64,000 nt of DNA from an uncultured delta proteobacterium (GCA_963745035.1 CAVUVW010000002.1:1-64000), one strand, 5' to 3'. Positions 53,166-63,931 are shown, counted from the first letter of the stretch. A program made the numbers and translations. The notes: generated from the letters alone by a model not told the origin.

Positions 53166-53570
53166 ATGATCGATCACACCGGCGTCGTCGTGAGTGATTT
53201 TCCAAAGAGCAAACAATTCTACTCGTCGGCATTGGAGCCGATCGGACTCAAATTGCTGATGGAATTTCCCGCGTCGGTCACCGGCAGCACCGACGTTGCC
53301 GGCTTCGGCGAGCCGGACAGTCTGGCGCAGGGCGTGAGCCCGGAATTCTGGCTTGCGAGCGGAACGCCGGGGTCATGCCCGCTCCACGTCGCTTTTCGTG
53401 TTTCGAGCCGCGGGCTGGTGGACGCTTTTCATACAGCCGCCCTCGCCGCCGGCGGGCGCGACAACGGCGCTCCGGGATTGCGGCCGCATTATCATCCGAA
53501 TTACTACGGCGCGTTTGTTCTCGATCCCGACGGACATAATATCGAAGCCGTGTGCCACGCTCCGGCGTGA
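53166..53570 (+). CDS. VOC family glyoxalase
   Basis: MIDHTG...HVAF...GGRDNGAPGLRPHYHPNYYGAFVLDPDGHNIEAVCH. Confidence 0.92.
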   Translation: MIDHTGVVVSDFPKSKQFYSSALEPIGLKLLMEFPASVTGSTDVAGFGEPDSLAQGVSPEFWLASGTPGSCPLHVAFRVSSRGLVDAFHTAALAAGGRDNGAPGLRPHYHPNYYGAFVLDPDGHNIEAVCHAPA

Positions 53571-53601
53571 GTTGATCGGCAATATTTGATATCCTCAAGG
53601 C

Positions 53602-54046
53602 ATGAACTGGCAGGAAAATATTCTCGAAACCGGCGAGCAGATTCGCGATTTGCTTCTCAACACGAAGCGGATCGCGGTGCTCGGCATCAAGACCGAGGCG
53701 CAGGCCGATCAGCCGTCCGTTTATGTGCCGAAATACATGCAGGACGCCGGCTTCGAAATCGTGCCGGTACCGGTTTACTACCCTGAAGTGACGACGATTC
53801 TCGGTGAGAAGGTTTATCGCAAGCTCGTCGATATTCCCGGCGACATCGACATGGTCGACGTCTTCCGCCGCTCCCAACGACGTCACCGGCCACGTCGACG
53901 ACATCTTGGCCAGCAAGCCGAAATCCGTCTGGCTCCAGTTAGGCATCCGCAACGACGCCGCGGCGGAAATCTTCGCCAAAGCCGGCATCAAAGTGGTGCA
54001 AGACCGCTGACTGATGGTCGATCACCGGCGGTACGCCGGAAAGTGA
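53602..54046 (+). CDS. CoA-binding protein (YccU-like), probable Sec codon at 54008; indel near 53875
   Basis: IAVLG, IDMVDVFRR, VWLQLGI, VVQDR(TGA)LMVDHRR. Confidence 0.82.
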
Positions 54047-54049
54047 AAT

Positions 54050-54077
54050 GTAGGGGCGACCGGCCGGTCGCCCCTAC
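54050..54077. repeat. GTAG-family REP palindrome
   Basis: GTAGGGGCGACCGGCCGGTCGCCCCTAC perfect palindrome between convergent genes. Confidence 0.8.
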
Positions 54078-54938
54078 GCCGCCAGTTTTTTCGCCTTCAA
54101 CTGCCGGGCTATGAATGCTTTGACCATTTCATGGGCCCGATCGGTCTGCGGACCGGGGTCGTCAATCCATAGATGCTCGCAACCGGAGAAAACTTCATAC
54201 TGACACTCGCCGCCCGCCGCCCGGTAGGACTCGGCGAATTTTTGTTGCACTGCCGGCCGCACGTTGTCGTCGAGCTCGCCTTGCATGATCAGCAGCGGCG
54301 GCAAGGTCACCTTCTCGCCGCGTTCGAGAATTTCCTGCGGATTGCCTTCGTGGATGGCTTCCCACGGATCGAAGTACTTTTTGCTGTTCTGCATCATTTC
54401 TTCACGCCCTAGACTTTCCGCGTTCAGATAGCGGGCGTAAGGATCGCTCACCGGCGAGCGGGTCGCGACATAATTCAAGCGTCGCGTCTACGTCGGGCGC
54501 TTCGGCGAGTTTATGCACATTGTAGCGCGGGTCGTCAGGACGCATCGCGCACAACTCGATTTCGTGCCCGCCGCTCGAGCTACCGAGCGCGCCGATGGTT
54601 TCCGGCGCGCCGTTCCACTCGCGCGCGCTATGCTTCAACCAGCGCACGCCGTAGTTGGCGTCCTGCACCGATGCGGGATAGGGCGCCTCCGGCGCTCGCG
54701 TCAAATCGATCGCTACGACCAAGATCCCGCTTCGCGCCAAGCTTTCATCCATCGTCGCATTGGCGTGTCGATCCTTGTTATTCCACGCGCCGCCATGGAG
54801 ATCGAGCAGCACCGGAAACGGCCCGTTGCCCTGCGGCTGATAAATGCGCGCCATCAAAGTGCGTACTGGTGCGCGGCGAAACTCAGTGTCCGAAACTTTG
54901 ATCTCGAACTTGTTGGCCGGATTGTATGTAACGCTCAT
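54074..54938 (-). CDS. Alpha/beta hydrolase, HSL-like (indel near 54478)
   Basis: HGGAW oxyanion motif, GSSSGG nucleophile elbow, QGELDD, H in GCEH. Confidence 0.87.
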
Positions 54939-54992
54939 CGCGTAGCCTCCTTAAATATCCACCGCAAAGACGCGGAGTTCGCAGAGATTCGT

Positions 54993-55373
54993 CTAAAATT
55001 TATTTACGATTCGCTTTATACCATTTCTTAACATCGAGACGTTGAAATTTATTAGAAGCCCGATGGTCCACCCGCCTAGTTTCAGATAGGTCAGCAATTG
55101 GGCCTGGTGGATCGCCTCTAAGCCCTCCACGGCTTTGACTTCCAGAACCACATCTCTTTTCAACCAGGAAGTCGAGTCGATAACCGCAGTCGAGAGGTAA
55201 CGATTTATATACTAACGGGAAGCGGCACTTGGCGCTCGAAGCGCATATTGGCCGAATGAAAATTCATGGGCTAGGCAATTTTCGTAGGCGGACTCGAGCA
55301 ACCCGGGACCGAGAGCCCTGTGAACCTCCATGGCTGCACCGATAATCTTCGCCGTCAACTCGTTTAGAACCAA
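54993..55373 (-). CDS. GxxExxY protein (PD-(D/E)XK-type nuclease fold), several indels
   Basis: [22 protein letters not shown]; manual reading [31 protein letters not shown]. Confidence 0.85.
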
Positions 55374-55422
55374 CTCCTCTGCGTTCTCTGCGCCTCCGCG
55401 GTCATCCACTCGGCCCCCATCT

Positions 55423-55965
55423 TCAAGGCATGTTATTGCCGACGATCCAGATATACAGCGTGCGCGATTCGGCGTAGTCCGAGCCGTCACTGGGTGCTTT
55501 TACGTATTCGATCTTGGTGGGCTTCCAGTCGTCGATGTCGAAATCGTGAGCGATGACCCGCGATCCCGGTTTGAGCTTCTGCAGCTTTGGCTTGAGCGCG
55601 TTGTTGAACCACTTGAACATATAGAGCGTCACCACCGTCGCCTCGGAAATATCGACGGTGAGACCGTCCTGGGCGCGAAACTCGACCAGATGGCTGACCC
55701 CTTCGTTTTTTGCGCTCTGTCGCGCTTTCTCCACCAGCTCTGCATTCAGATCGATGCCGACGCCGCGGATGCCGTACTTTTTCGCCGCTTCGATCACGAT
55801 CCGCCCATCGCCGCTACCCATGTCATAAAGAATGTCGCCATTTTTGATTTCAGCAAGCTCAATCATTCGTTGCACCACATGCGGCGGCGACGGCACGAAC
55901 GGAATCGTCTCCTGCGCGGGAGCGGATTTTGCCAGGCTGACCAAAGAAAATGCGACTAACAACAC
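55423..55965 (-). CDS. Class I SAM-dependent methyltransferase with N-terminal signal-like segment
   Basis: [35 protein letters not shown]. Confidence 0.88.
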   Translation of the reverse strand: MLLVAFSLVSLAKSAPAQETIPFVPSPPHVVQRMIELAEIKNGDILYDMGSGDGRIVIEAAKKYGIRGVGIDLNAELVEKARQSAKNEGVSHLVEFRAQDGLTVDISEATVVTLYMFKWFNNALKPKLQKLKPGSRVIAHDFDIDDWKPTKIEYVKAPSDGSDYAESRTLYIWIVGNNMP

Positions 55966-56156
55966 CGCACAATGTCTTCACCATAAGAATCCTCCGGATG
56001 CTTTTAAAAAATCTCCCCGAGAAAATCACATGCCGCCCGCCGTTGTCAATGCCGATCGGCTTTGAACCGACTTGCCTTTGCTTGCGCCGCATGGTCTGTG
56101 CAAATCCTTTCGGGTGTGGTACTAGCAGCCGAGATCACGGAGAAAGGAGTCGGTCG

Positions 56157-57174
56157 ATGCTTTCGATGCTGCGCCTATTATTGTGCTCGGGTTTGCTGAT
56201 CGCTGCTTCTCTGCTGCCGACTAAAGCGCAGGCCGCGGGACCGCTGCTGATCGCTTACGGCGGGCACAACGAAACCATGGCGCCGCTGTGGGTCGGCATC
56301 GAGAAGGGCTTATTTCGCAAGCACGGCGTCGATCCGCGCGTGCTGCAGACGCGCAGCGGGCCGATCATGATGTCCACTCTGGCCTCGGGCGGCGTACCGC
56401 TGGTGTGGGCCGCGCCAAGCAGTGCGCTCAACTCGTCGGTCAGCGGCTTCAAGCTCACCTGCTTCGCCGCCGGCAACAATCGCATTCCGCGCGAGCTGAT
56501 CGTCCGCAAGGGCATCGAGTCGCTGGAGGATCTGCGCGGCAAGAGCTTTGGCGTGCAAAGCATCGGCGGCGGCTTCTGGCTGTCGACGATGGGAGCGCTG
56601 GAAGCGCTCAAGATCGATCCGGACAAATACAAGCTCAACATGCGCGTGCTTGGCGACACCGGCACCGTGACCCAAGCTCTGATCACCGGCAACGTCGACG
56701 CCATGGTGGTGCCCTACAGCTACGCCGACATGGCGAAGCGCGCCGGCGCCCGCTCCCTGGCGGATGTCGGCACCGTCAATGTGGTTTTTCAACTGACGGT
56801 CATGTGCGCGCCAAAGGATTCCACCGCGGTCAATCATGAAACCATGGTCGGTCTCGCCAAAGGCATCGTCGAATCCCTGGTGTTCATTCTCGATCCGGCC
56901 AACAAGCGCGACGTTGCCGAAACCCTCAAGAAAAATCTCCGGTTGACGAAAGACGAAGACATCGAGGCGGCTTACAAAGTCTCCCGCTTGCAGATGCCCA
57001 ACCTCGACATCGCGCCCAACCTCGAGGCCTGGCGACTCTTCAAGCGGCTGCTCGTCCGCGTCAACCCGAAAGTTCAGGAAGCCGACTTGGAGCAGATCAT
57101 TACCAGCAGCGTGGTGCAGAATCTGGAAGCCAGCGGCTTCTTGCCCGAAATGCGCAAAAAAGATTTCCCGCTAA
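56157..57174 (+). CDS. NMT1/SsuA-type solute-binding protein
   Basis: GLFRKHGVD, DLRGKSFGVQS, LEASGF; stop lost to an extra A in a homopolymer. Confidence 0.82.
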
Positions 57175-57191
57175 ACCAAAAGGAGAACAAC

Positions 57192-58905
57192 ATGCGTGGC
57201 GGACAAGCGATGCTAAAAGTGATGCAGCGAAGTGGAATCGACTTTATTCTTTCTTCTCCCGGCTCGGAGTGGCCGCCGGTGTGGGAAGCGCTCGCCGAGC
57301 AATCGGCGCAGGGCATCAAAAAACCCGGCTACGTGAACTGCCGCCACGAGGCCGTCGCCGTCGCGATGGCGGCGGGCTATACGAAAGTCACCGGACGGCC
57401 GCAGGTGGTGATGCTCCATGCCACCGCCGGACCCCTCAACGCCGCCATGACTTTGCGCGCGGCGCTGCATGAGCGCACGCCGATGGTGATCATCAGCGGC
57501 GAGATCTCCGCCTACGGCGAAAATACCCGCGTCGCCGATCCCGGCGGCCAGTGGCTGCACGATTTGACCGATCTCGGCGGCTCGCCCGATCTCTTGCGCG
57601 GATGCGTCAAGTGGGCCGACCGCGTGATGGCGCGCCGAGCTGCTCGGGCCGACCATCGAACGCGCCGTGCAGATCGCCCTCGAACCGCCGGCCGGTCCGG
57701 TGCTGATCGGCATTCCGTTCGAGTGCATGATGGAAGAAGTAAATTTGCCGGAGCATGGCCGCTCCAATGAAGTCGTCCGGCCCGACGCCGTCGATGACGC
57801 AGCCGTGGACAAGGCGCTCAATTGGATCGCCGAGGCAAAAAATCCCGTGGCGGTCACGGAGCACGCCGGCGGCGATCCGCGCGCGGTGGAGCGCCTGGTC
57901 GAGCTCTGCGAGCTGCTCTCGATTCCGGTGATGGAGACTTACCGGCCGGCATTCGTCAATTTTCCCAGAAGCCATCCCCTCTATCAGCATCACGATCCTA
58001 AAGTCGTCGACGCTGCCGATCTGGTGCTCATGGTCGACGCGGTCACGCCGTGGTATCCCGCCAGCAAGGGGCCCAAGAACGCGAAGGTGATTTCCATCGC
58101 CGAGGAATTTCCCAATTCGCGACTGCCCTACTGGGGCTACAACGTCGATCTCGCCCTGGTCGCGCCGCCGGCAGCGACTCTGGAGAAGATTCTCAAGAAG
58201 GCGCGCTCATCCGAGCGCATCGCCGCCAACCGCGCCAGCTACGAGCAGCGCCTGGCGCGCAGCCGCGAGCAGCACGACAGCTATTTCGGCAAGCTCAAAG
58301 AGGAAGCCAAAAAACATGCGACCGAGACGCCCATCGATCCGCGCTGGCTGTGCAACGCCCTCAGCGAAACCCTGCCCGAGAACGCGGTGATCTCCGAAGA
58401 GACCACGGTCTATCGTTCGTTGATTCAAGAAGCGATCCCGCGCGACAAACCGCAGTCGTACTTCGCGCGCATCACCGGCGGCCTGGGCGTCGGCTTGAGC
58501 TACGCGCTCGGCGTGAAGCTCGCCATGCCCGAGCGACCGGTCTTCGCGCTCATCGGCGACGGCGCGTTTCATTACAACGCTGTGCCCTCGTGCCTCGGCG
58601 TGGCCGAAGAGTACAACTTGCCGATTCACGTCGTCGTCTTCAACAACGGCCGCTATCTTTCGATGGAGACGAGCCTGATCAAATATTTTCCCGACGGCGC
58701 CGCGAAAAACACCGGCGTTCACTACGGCGCCGAGATCGGCCCGCGGCCGGACTATCAATATTACGGCAAAGCCCACGGCGGCTACGGCTACCGGGTGAGC
58801 GAACCGGGGCAAATCAAGCCAGCGATCGAGAACGCCTTGAAACACGAGGCGGAAAAAAAGCTTACCGTGATCGATGTCGTTCTGAGCGATTTTAATCCGC
58901 GGTGA
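57192..58905 (+). CDS. TPP-binding enzyme (acetolactate synthase/benzoylformate decarboxylase-like; indel near 57630)
   Basis: AGGAG RBS; PGSE, RHE, GDGAFHY...NNG motifs. Confidence 0.87.
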
Positions 58906-58992
58906 TGTGCAACTTACAACTGCCTGACTGGGGACACTTGAATGCCATTCCAAAATCAATCGTGACTAGGAACTAAATCTGCCTGTAAACGC

Positions 58993-59075
58993 CAACAAAA
59001 CCAAGCCCCAAGCGCTGCCTCAATATGGCAGTTCTTGGGGCTTGTTGTTTCAGGTACGCGGACAAAAGACGGACA
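58993..59075. repeat. 83 bp hairpin-forming direct repeat, copy 1
   Basis: Near-identical to 60122-60204. Confidence 0.85.
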
Positions 59076-59125
59076 GCATTGAGACAAGCGGCGGTTAAGT
59101 CCACAAGGCATTATCGCATTGGTTC

Positions 59126-59695
59126 CTATCGATTGCTTCTCGGTCGTATTGCCTCATCTCTTCCTCGTATCTTCTCGATGACGGTCTTTACCATTGGGAG
59201 TACATTCTGCAAGACGAAGCATTTACATTCTTCATTGTCGAGTTCAACGCCGTAATAATCGTTGAACTTGTGGGTTGTCTCAATCACACGAGGCATTTTC
59301 GTCGAATAATCCAAGCCCCATGAATGCCGATACCACGCACCCGGAAGTGAAGGTGAAGGTGCGGTATAGCCGAACCCTGTGCCTATCAAGCCTTTCTGCA
59401 TGATCCATATACAGCTCGCGTTTTGATGGCATCGTTTGTGACTGCCTCGGAAATTTTTAAGCCTGTATCTGGAGAAAAGCTGGCCTCGGTCTATCAAATG
59501 ACCGAGCCAAGGCTCGTCCGATGGAGTACGCAAAAGCAGAACACTACCGGGATGGATCGCCTGCAAAGTTTGAAGGAGGCTCTTGTACTGCTGATTTTTC
59601 GCTGCTTGGTTTTGGTTAACTTTGTTCCAGAAATCAATTGTTAAAGACATAATCCCATTTAAGATCATTTCCCTAATAATTGATATTAGCGGCAC
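59126..59695 (-). CDS. Hypothetical protein, possible Cys-His-acid (transglutaminase/papain-like) fold
   Basis: CHQNA...HSW...VIETT...YYGV; lower GC. Confidence 0.55.
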   Translation of the reverse strand: MPLISIIREMILNGIMSLTIDFWNKVNQNQAAKNQQYKSLLQTLQAIHPGSVLLLRTPSDEPWLGHLIDRGQLFSRYRLKNFRGSHKRCHQNASCIWIMQKGLIGTGFGYTAPSPSLPGAWYRHSWGLDYSTKMPRVIETTHKFNDYYGVELDNEECKCFVLQNVLPMVKTVIEKIRGRDEAIRPRSNR

Positions 59696-60121
59696 GGCAG
59701 TTCATTGGATGAAAAATTCTTTTGCAGTTCTGCAAGACTTGCTGGCAAATATGAGCACGGCTGATCAAGAGTGAATCCGACAGAGATCAAGCAAATTCTG
59801 AAGCCATTCGACGGACCGGCGGCCTTCATTGAGCCCATGCAGGTCATGCCTGTTCGGGCGCTAACAGACGGCGGAAACTGGACCTCGAGCACGAAGAACT
59901 GGAAAAACGTCTAGAAGCATTGGAAAACTGGTTTAAACAGCAAGAAAGAAATGCCAGGTGAATAATCTTGGCCGACGAATCGACCGTCTGGAGGAAAAAA
60001 ACCGGAACAAACCGCGAGCCACGTGTCATTATCCGGGACGGTCCATTTACGGACGAAGAGACCGCGAGCTTAGAGGAAACGTAAGGGGTGAGCGGTGAAT
60101 GCTAAAACAGCGGTCAAAGCA

Positions 60122-60204
60122 CAACAAAACCCAGCCCCAAGCGCTGCCTCAATATGGCAGTTCTTGGGGCTTGTTGTTTCAGGTCCACGGACAAGAGGCG
60201 GACA
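60122..60204. repeat. 83 bp direct repeat, copy 2
   Basis: Near-identical to 58993-59075. Confidence 0.85.
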
Positions 60205-60775
60205 AATCTTTCGCCGAGATTAAGCTGTACTCGGGTAACCACTTGAGCTCGGCGGCCTGAGTATCTGGCTATGGAGCTTTCCCTTATTCGGCGGCTCACG
60301 GACTCCCAACCGCAGCTCGGCACCTGCGTGCCGCTCGCAGCTGGCGCTCAACCAGCTGTGTCCAGCTTTACTGCGCGGCGAAGAGTGGGCCAGCCGTCCA
60401 GTTGTTTGTCAATCAAACATCAATAAGCGTCGCACAACATCTGTTTTTCGACATAAAGGTTCTCACAGTTCGGCAACGCGGTAGGGATAAACGGCCGTTC
60501 CCACCTCGATCTTTTAAACTTTGTGTCTAATACTGAACAGTAATTCGTGAGGCGAATGATTAAAGTCTTATATCTAGTGCAAAGGGGAATAATAAAATGA
60601 GCAAACAACATCGCATACGAAAGAAGCGAATACGCAACAGGGCCGCACTCAAACGCAAGACCATAACAGAAAGAGCGGCAAAGAAACTACGTGCAGTTGG
60701 TACGCCGAGAAAGTCCGCTTAGACAATCCGAACTGTTGTCCGACAGAAAAGGTCAAGTCGAAAAGGCTTGGCCCT

Positions 60776-62173
60776 CACTGCTGTCCAAAATAATTTGAGT
60801 TGGTGTACCTCCGTCTCGCAAAATCAAACGTTTAGGACGGGGCAAGTCACAGTTCGACATTGAGGTTGTTAGTGTGTTGCTGTCCAACATTTCTATCCCA
60901 AGAGCATGAGCTGTTCGCCGTGGGGAGCCGCGATTGGAATTTCAAACGGGGCATCGAGCCACGCCCATAAATCACGGTAGCTCAATAGATTAAACCGCAG
61001 CATGGCCGCCAGATTAGACAGACTCCACGCCCAAGTGGATTTGAGCCACAAGAATTTCAACAGCAACATGGCGATTAATGCTGTCCAGATCTGCACGTTG
61101 ACGGCGTTTTCGCTGGTTCCCACAAAGGTCTTGATCTTTAGGTTTTGCTTGAGCGCTTTAAAAAACAACTCGATCTGCCAGCGATCTTTGTAGATCGCCC
61201 CAATGGTGCTTGCCGCGAGATGAAAAATATTAGTGAGAAACACCAACTCGCGCTCATGTTCAGCATCCCACACCGTCACCTGGCGCAACAAGCTCGAGCA
61301 GCGCTTGCGCGCATACCCGCTGCTCAACTCAATGGTTTCATCGCTCCTGACATTACCCCGCGTCGGCACGGTGTGGTGCTCGACTACCTCGTAAATCATG
61401 TTGGTGCGCGACCGCGTCACAAAATAAATCCCGGACTTAGTCCAGCGTTCATAAAGCGTGTAGTCAAGATACCCTCTGTCTAGGGCCACAATCGTACCTG
61501 GAGCAAAGTTCAGTTTCTGAGCAATCCGTACATCGTTGGTGTCTCCGTCGGTCACCAGCGCCCAGCAAGGTAAACAACCCTGATGGTCCAACTGCAAGTG
61601 CAATTTGACGGCGCCCTTGGTCCGTTGAAACCGCGCCCAGTCAAACACCTTAACGCACAGCTCAATGATGGAAGTATCCAGACTGCGAAGTGGATGCTTG
61701 AATCGAAAGCGACGCTTTTTGGTCGCGGCCAATGCCTGACACCTCTTGAGCAAATCTTCGAACACGCTCTGATAAAGTTGCCAAGGCCGATGAGTATTGG
61801 CATAAGCCAGAGTCGAGCGAGTCGGCGCTTGGCGTAAACCCAAGTGCACCAGCTTCCCCATGGCGGTGGCCAATCCCCCACAGATCTCCCGCAGAGAATT
61901 GGCTCCGCCCATCTGACAGAACACCATCGCCACAAATTGATCCCAACAGCTGAAGCCTTTGGCCCCACGCTCGGCCTGATGTTGGCGGACCGCTCGCGCA
62001 AAGCCGGCCCGATCTACTAATGATAACAATTGCGAAAAACAACTGGCTACGGGTATCATAGATTTACCTCCGACTTGTGAGTAAGACGGCGCAGTCACGC
62101 CGCTGGTGAGATTTGCTTCCCACTATCTTACTCCTGTCGGAGGTTTTTCTGAAAACTATCTTGGACAAGTGTG
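60776..62173 (-). mobile_element. IS4-family insertion sequence with 10 bp target duplication
   Basis: Imperfect IRs CACTGCTGTCCAAAATA/CACACTTGTCCAAGATA; GCTTGGCCCT at 60766-60775 and 62174-62183. Confidence 0.88.
60893..62059 (-). CDS. IS4 family DDE transposase (DUF4372-type N-terminus)
   Basis: FSCWDQF, SLREI, LDTS, DRGY, YKDRWQIELFFK motifs. Confidence 0.95.
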   Translation of the reverse strand: MIPVASCFSQLLSLVDRAGFARAVRQHQAERGAKGFSCWDQFVAMVFCQMGGANSLREICGGLATAMGKLVHLGLRQAPTRSTLAYANTHRPWQLYQSVFEDLLKRCQALAATKKRRFRFKHPLRSLDTSIIELCVKVFDWARFQRTKGAVKLHLQLDHQGCLPCWALVTDGDTNDVRIAQKLNFAPGTIVALDRGYLDYTLYERWTKSGIYFVTRSRTNMIYEVVEHHTVPTRGNVRSDETIELSSGYARKRCSSLLRQVTVWDAEHERELVFLTNIFHLAASTIGAIYKDRWQIELFFKALKQNLKIKTFVGTSENAVNVQIWTALIAMLLLKFLWLKSTWAWSLSNLAAMLRFNLLSYRDLWAWLDAPFEIPIAAPHGEQLMLLG

Positions 62174-62568
62174 GCTTGGCCCTTTTTTATTGTTCACCAG
62201 CCAGCCAAGCTCGGAAGAGGTGTTAACGCGTCGTTCAATTCAATCTCAGACTATATCCAAACTTCCCTGACGAATACTTTTCGTCTTGTGTCCTTGTAAA
62301 TTACATTCCATTGCGTGGCCGTAAGTAACGAGTTCTACGGTGTCTGCCATAAATAAAGTTGCTGTTTCAGCAATCTTGAGTGCAGCAGTAATATTCGTGA
62401 TAGCTAACCACAACAGCTAGGGATAGTTCACCTCAAGCCCACCGATAACTTTTACTTCGACAGCCAGGGTAACCTTTGTATACACCGTGAGATACGGAAG
62501 TATACAGTGCGATTCAATCGAGATTGCGTTGATGGAGAATTCAATTCAATCCTGCGATTGCCGCGTGG

Positions 62569-63582
62569 TTATTTGATTACCTTGTCCGCCCGCGCCATCA
62601 CTTTTTGTGGAATCGTCAGACCGATCTGCTTTGCGGTTTTCAGATTGATCACCAGCTCGAACTTCGTTGGCTGCTCGACGGGAAGGTCGGCGGGCTTCGC
62701 ACCTTTCAGGATCTTGTCAACGTATGTAGCAGCGCGGCGGTACAAGTCGTTTCGGTCTGGTCCGTAGCTCATCAAGCAACCGCCCTCGGTCCAACTTGGA
62801 GCATCGCAGATCGACGGGAGTCGATTTTCGGCAGCTAGTTCAAAAAGTTGTTTTCGGTGAACGCCGAGAAAGGGTCCTTGGATGAATATCACCGCTCCGG
62901 CGCGGTCTTTTCTCATTGCCGCGTAGGCGTTTTGAAACTCATCAGGTGATTGAACCGGCAAGGACTGTAAGTGCACCCGCATCGCCAAAGCCGCAATTTC
63001 TGTCTCTTTGACTTCCTTTTCATCGTTCGGATTTCGATGCCAAATCACAGCAAACCGTGTCGCATTAGGAACGCTCTCCTTCAGGATTTCCAATCGCTTT
63101 CCGCTGAGATCCGGTGAGATCGACGTCAGACCAGTTATGTTAGCACCCGGTCGCGCCAGGCTAGCAACGATTGCCTCCCTGACAAGATCGCCCGCGCTTC
63201 CGACAACGATTGGAACCTCGGTTGTTGCCTGCTTCGCAGCTTTAGTGGCCGCAGTGCCCGTTGTTACCATCACCGCTACTTTCAATCGAACCAGCTCTGC
63301 GGCCAAGTCCGGGAGGCGCTCGAATTTTCCCTCCCCGTACCGGTATAGGATTTCGATATTCTTTCCTTCAACATAGCCCAGAGCGATCAACCCCTTGCGA
63401 AACGCTTCACGATTGCCAGATATGGAGGAACCTACGCCACCCGCCAACCAACCGATTGGTACCACTTTCTTTGCCTGCTGCGCGTCGGCTAGGACTGCAA
63501 CGGCAAGCAACACCACTGCTATCAAGACTGGTGACAGACCAATTTTCTTCATTGCGCACCTCGTTCTTGCGGGTTTTATCAC
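62569..63582 (-). CDS. COG2984 SBP, detached copy
   Basis: All family motifs; start may be ATG 63552. Confidence 0.92.
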   Translation of the reverse strand: MIKPARTRCAMKKIGLSPVLIAVVLLAVAVLADAQQAKKVVPIGWLAGGVGSSISGNREAFRKGLIALGYVEGKNIEILYRYGEGKFERLPDLAAELVRLKVAVMVTTGTAATKAAKQATTEVPIVVGSAGDLVREAIVASLARPGANITGLTSISPDLSGKRLEILKESVPNATRFAVIWHRNPNDEKEVKETEIAALAMRVHLQSLPVQSPDEFQNAYAAMRKDRAGAVIFIQGPFLGVHRKQLFELAAENRLPSICDAPSWTEGGCLMSYGPDRNDLYRRAATYVDKILKGAKPADLPVEQPTKFELVINLKTAKQIGLTIPQKVMARADKVIK

Positions 63583-63742
63583 GGATACGGAAGCTGAGAA
63601 AAGTGTTGTTTACGACAGAAGGAAAACCAGATTCATCGAGGGGAAAAGGCTAATTTGACGTAGGATTGAACTGAACGACGCTTCAGTTCGATTACCAATG
63701 CCGGGAAGACTGGATTGATGGAGAATTCATTCAATCCTGACC

Positions 63743-63931
63743 CTACTTGATAACCTTGTCTGCTCTCGCCAGGACATTCAGCGGAATCGTCAGACCGATC
63801 CGCTTTGCGGCTTTCAGGTTGATAATGAGCTCGAACTTCGTCGGCTGCTCCACCGGAAGATCACTGGGCTTGGCGCCTTTCAGAATTTTGTCTATATAGT
63901 TGGCTGCACGCTGACTGGCAGGCGCGGCCAT
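63743..63931 (-). pseudogene. Orphan C-terminal fragment of a COG2984 gene
   Basis: [12 protein letters not shown]...LARADKVIK preceded by unrelated sequence. Confidence 0.75.

Noticed and set aside
55950-57770. SBP-TPP enzyme fusion protein
   Set aside because: One fewer A in the run near 57156 gives a stop at 57174, followed by a separate AGGAG RBS and ATG at 57192.
1-58905. Many frameshifted genes as true pseudogenes or programmed frameshifts
   Set aside because: Single-base indels hit unrelated genes with otherwise intact motifs, several in homopolymers. Sequencing error is the simpler explanation until reads are checked.
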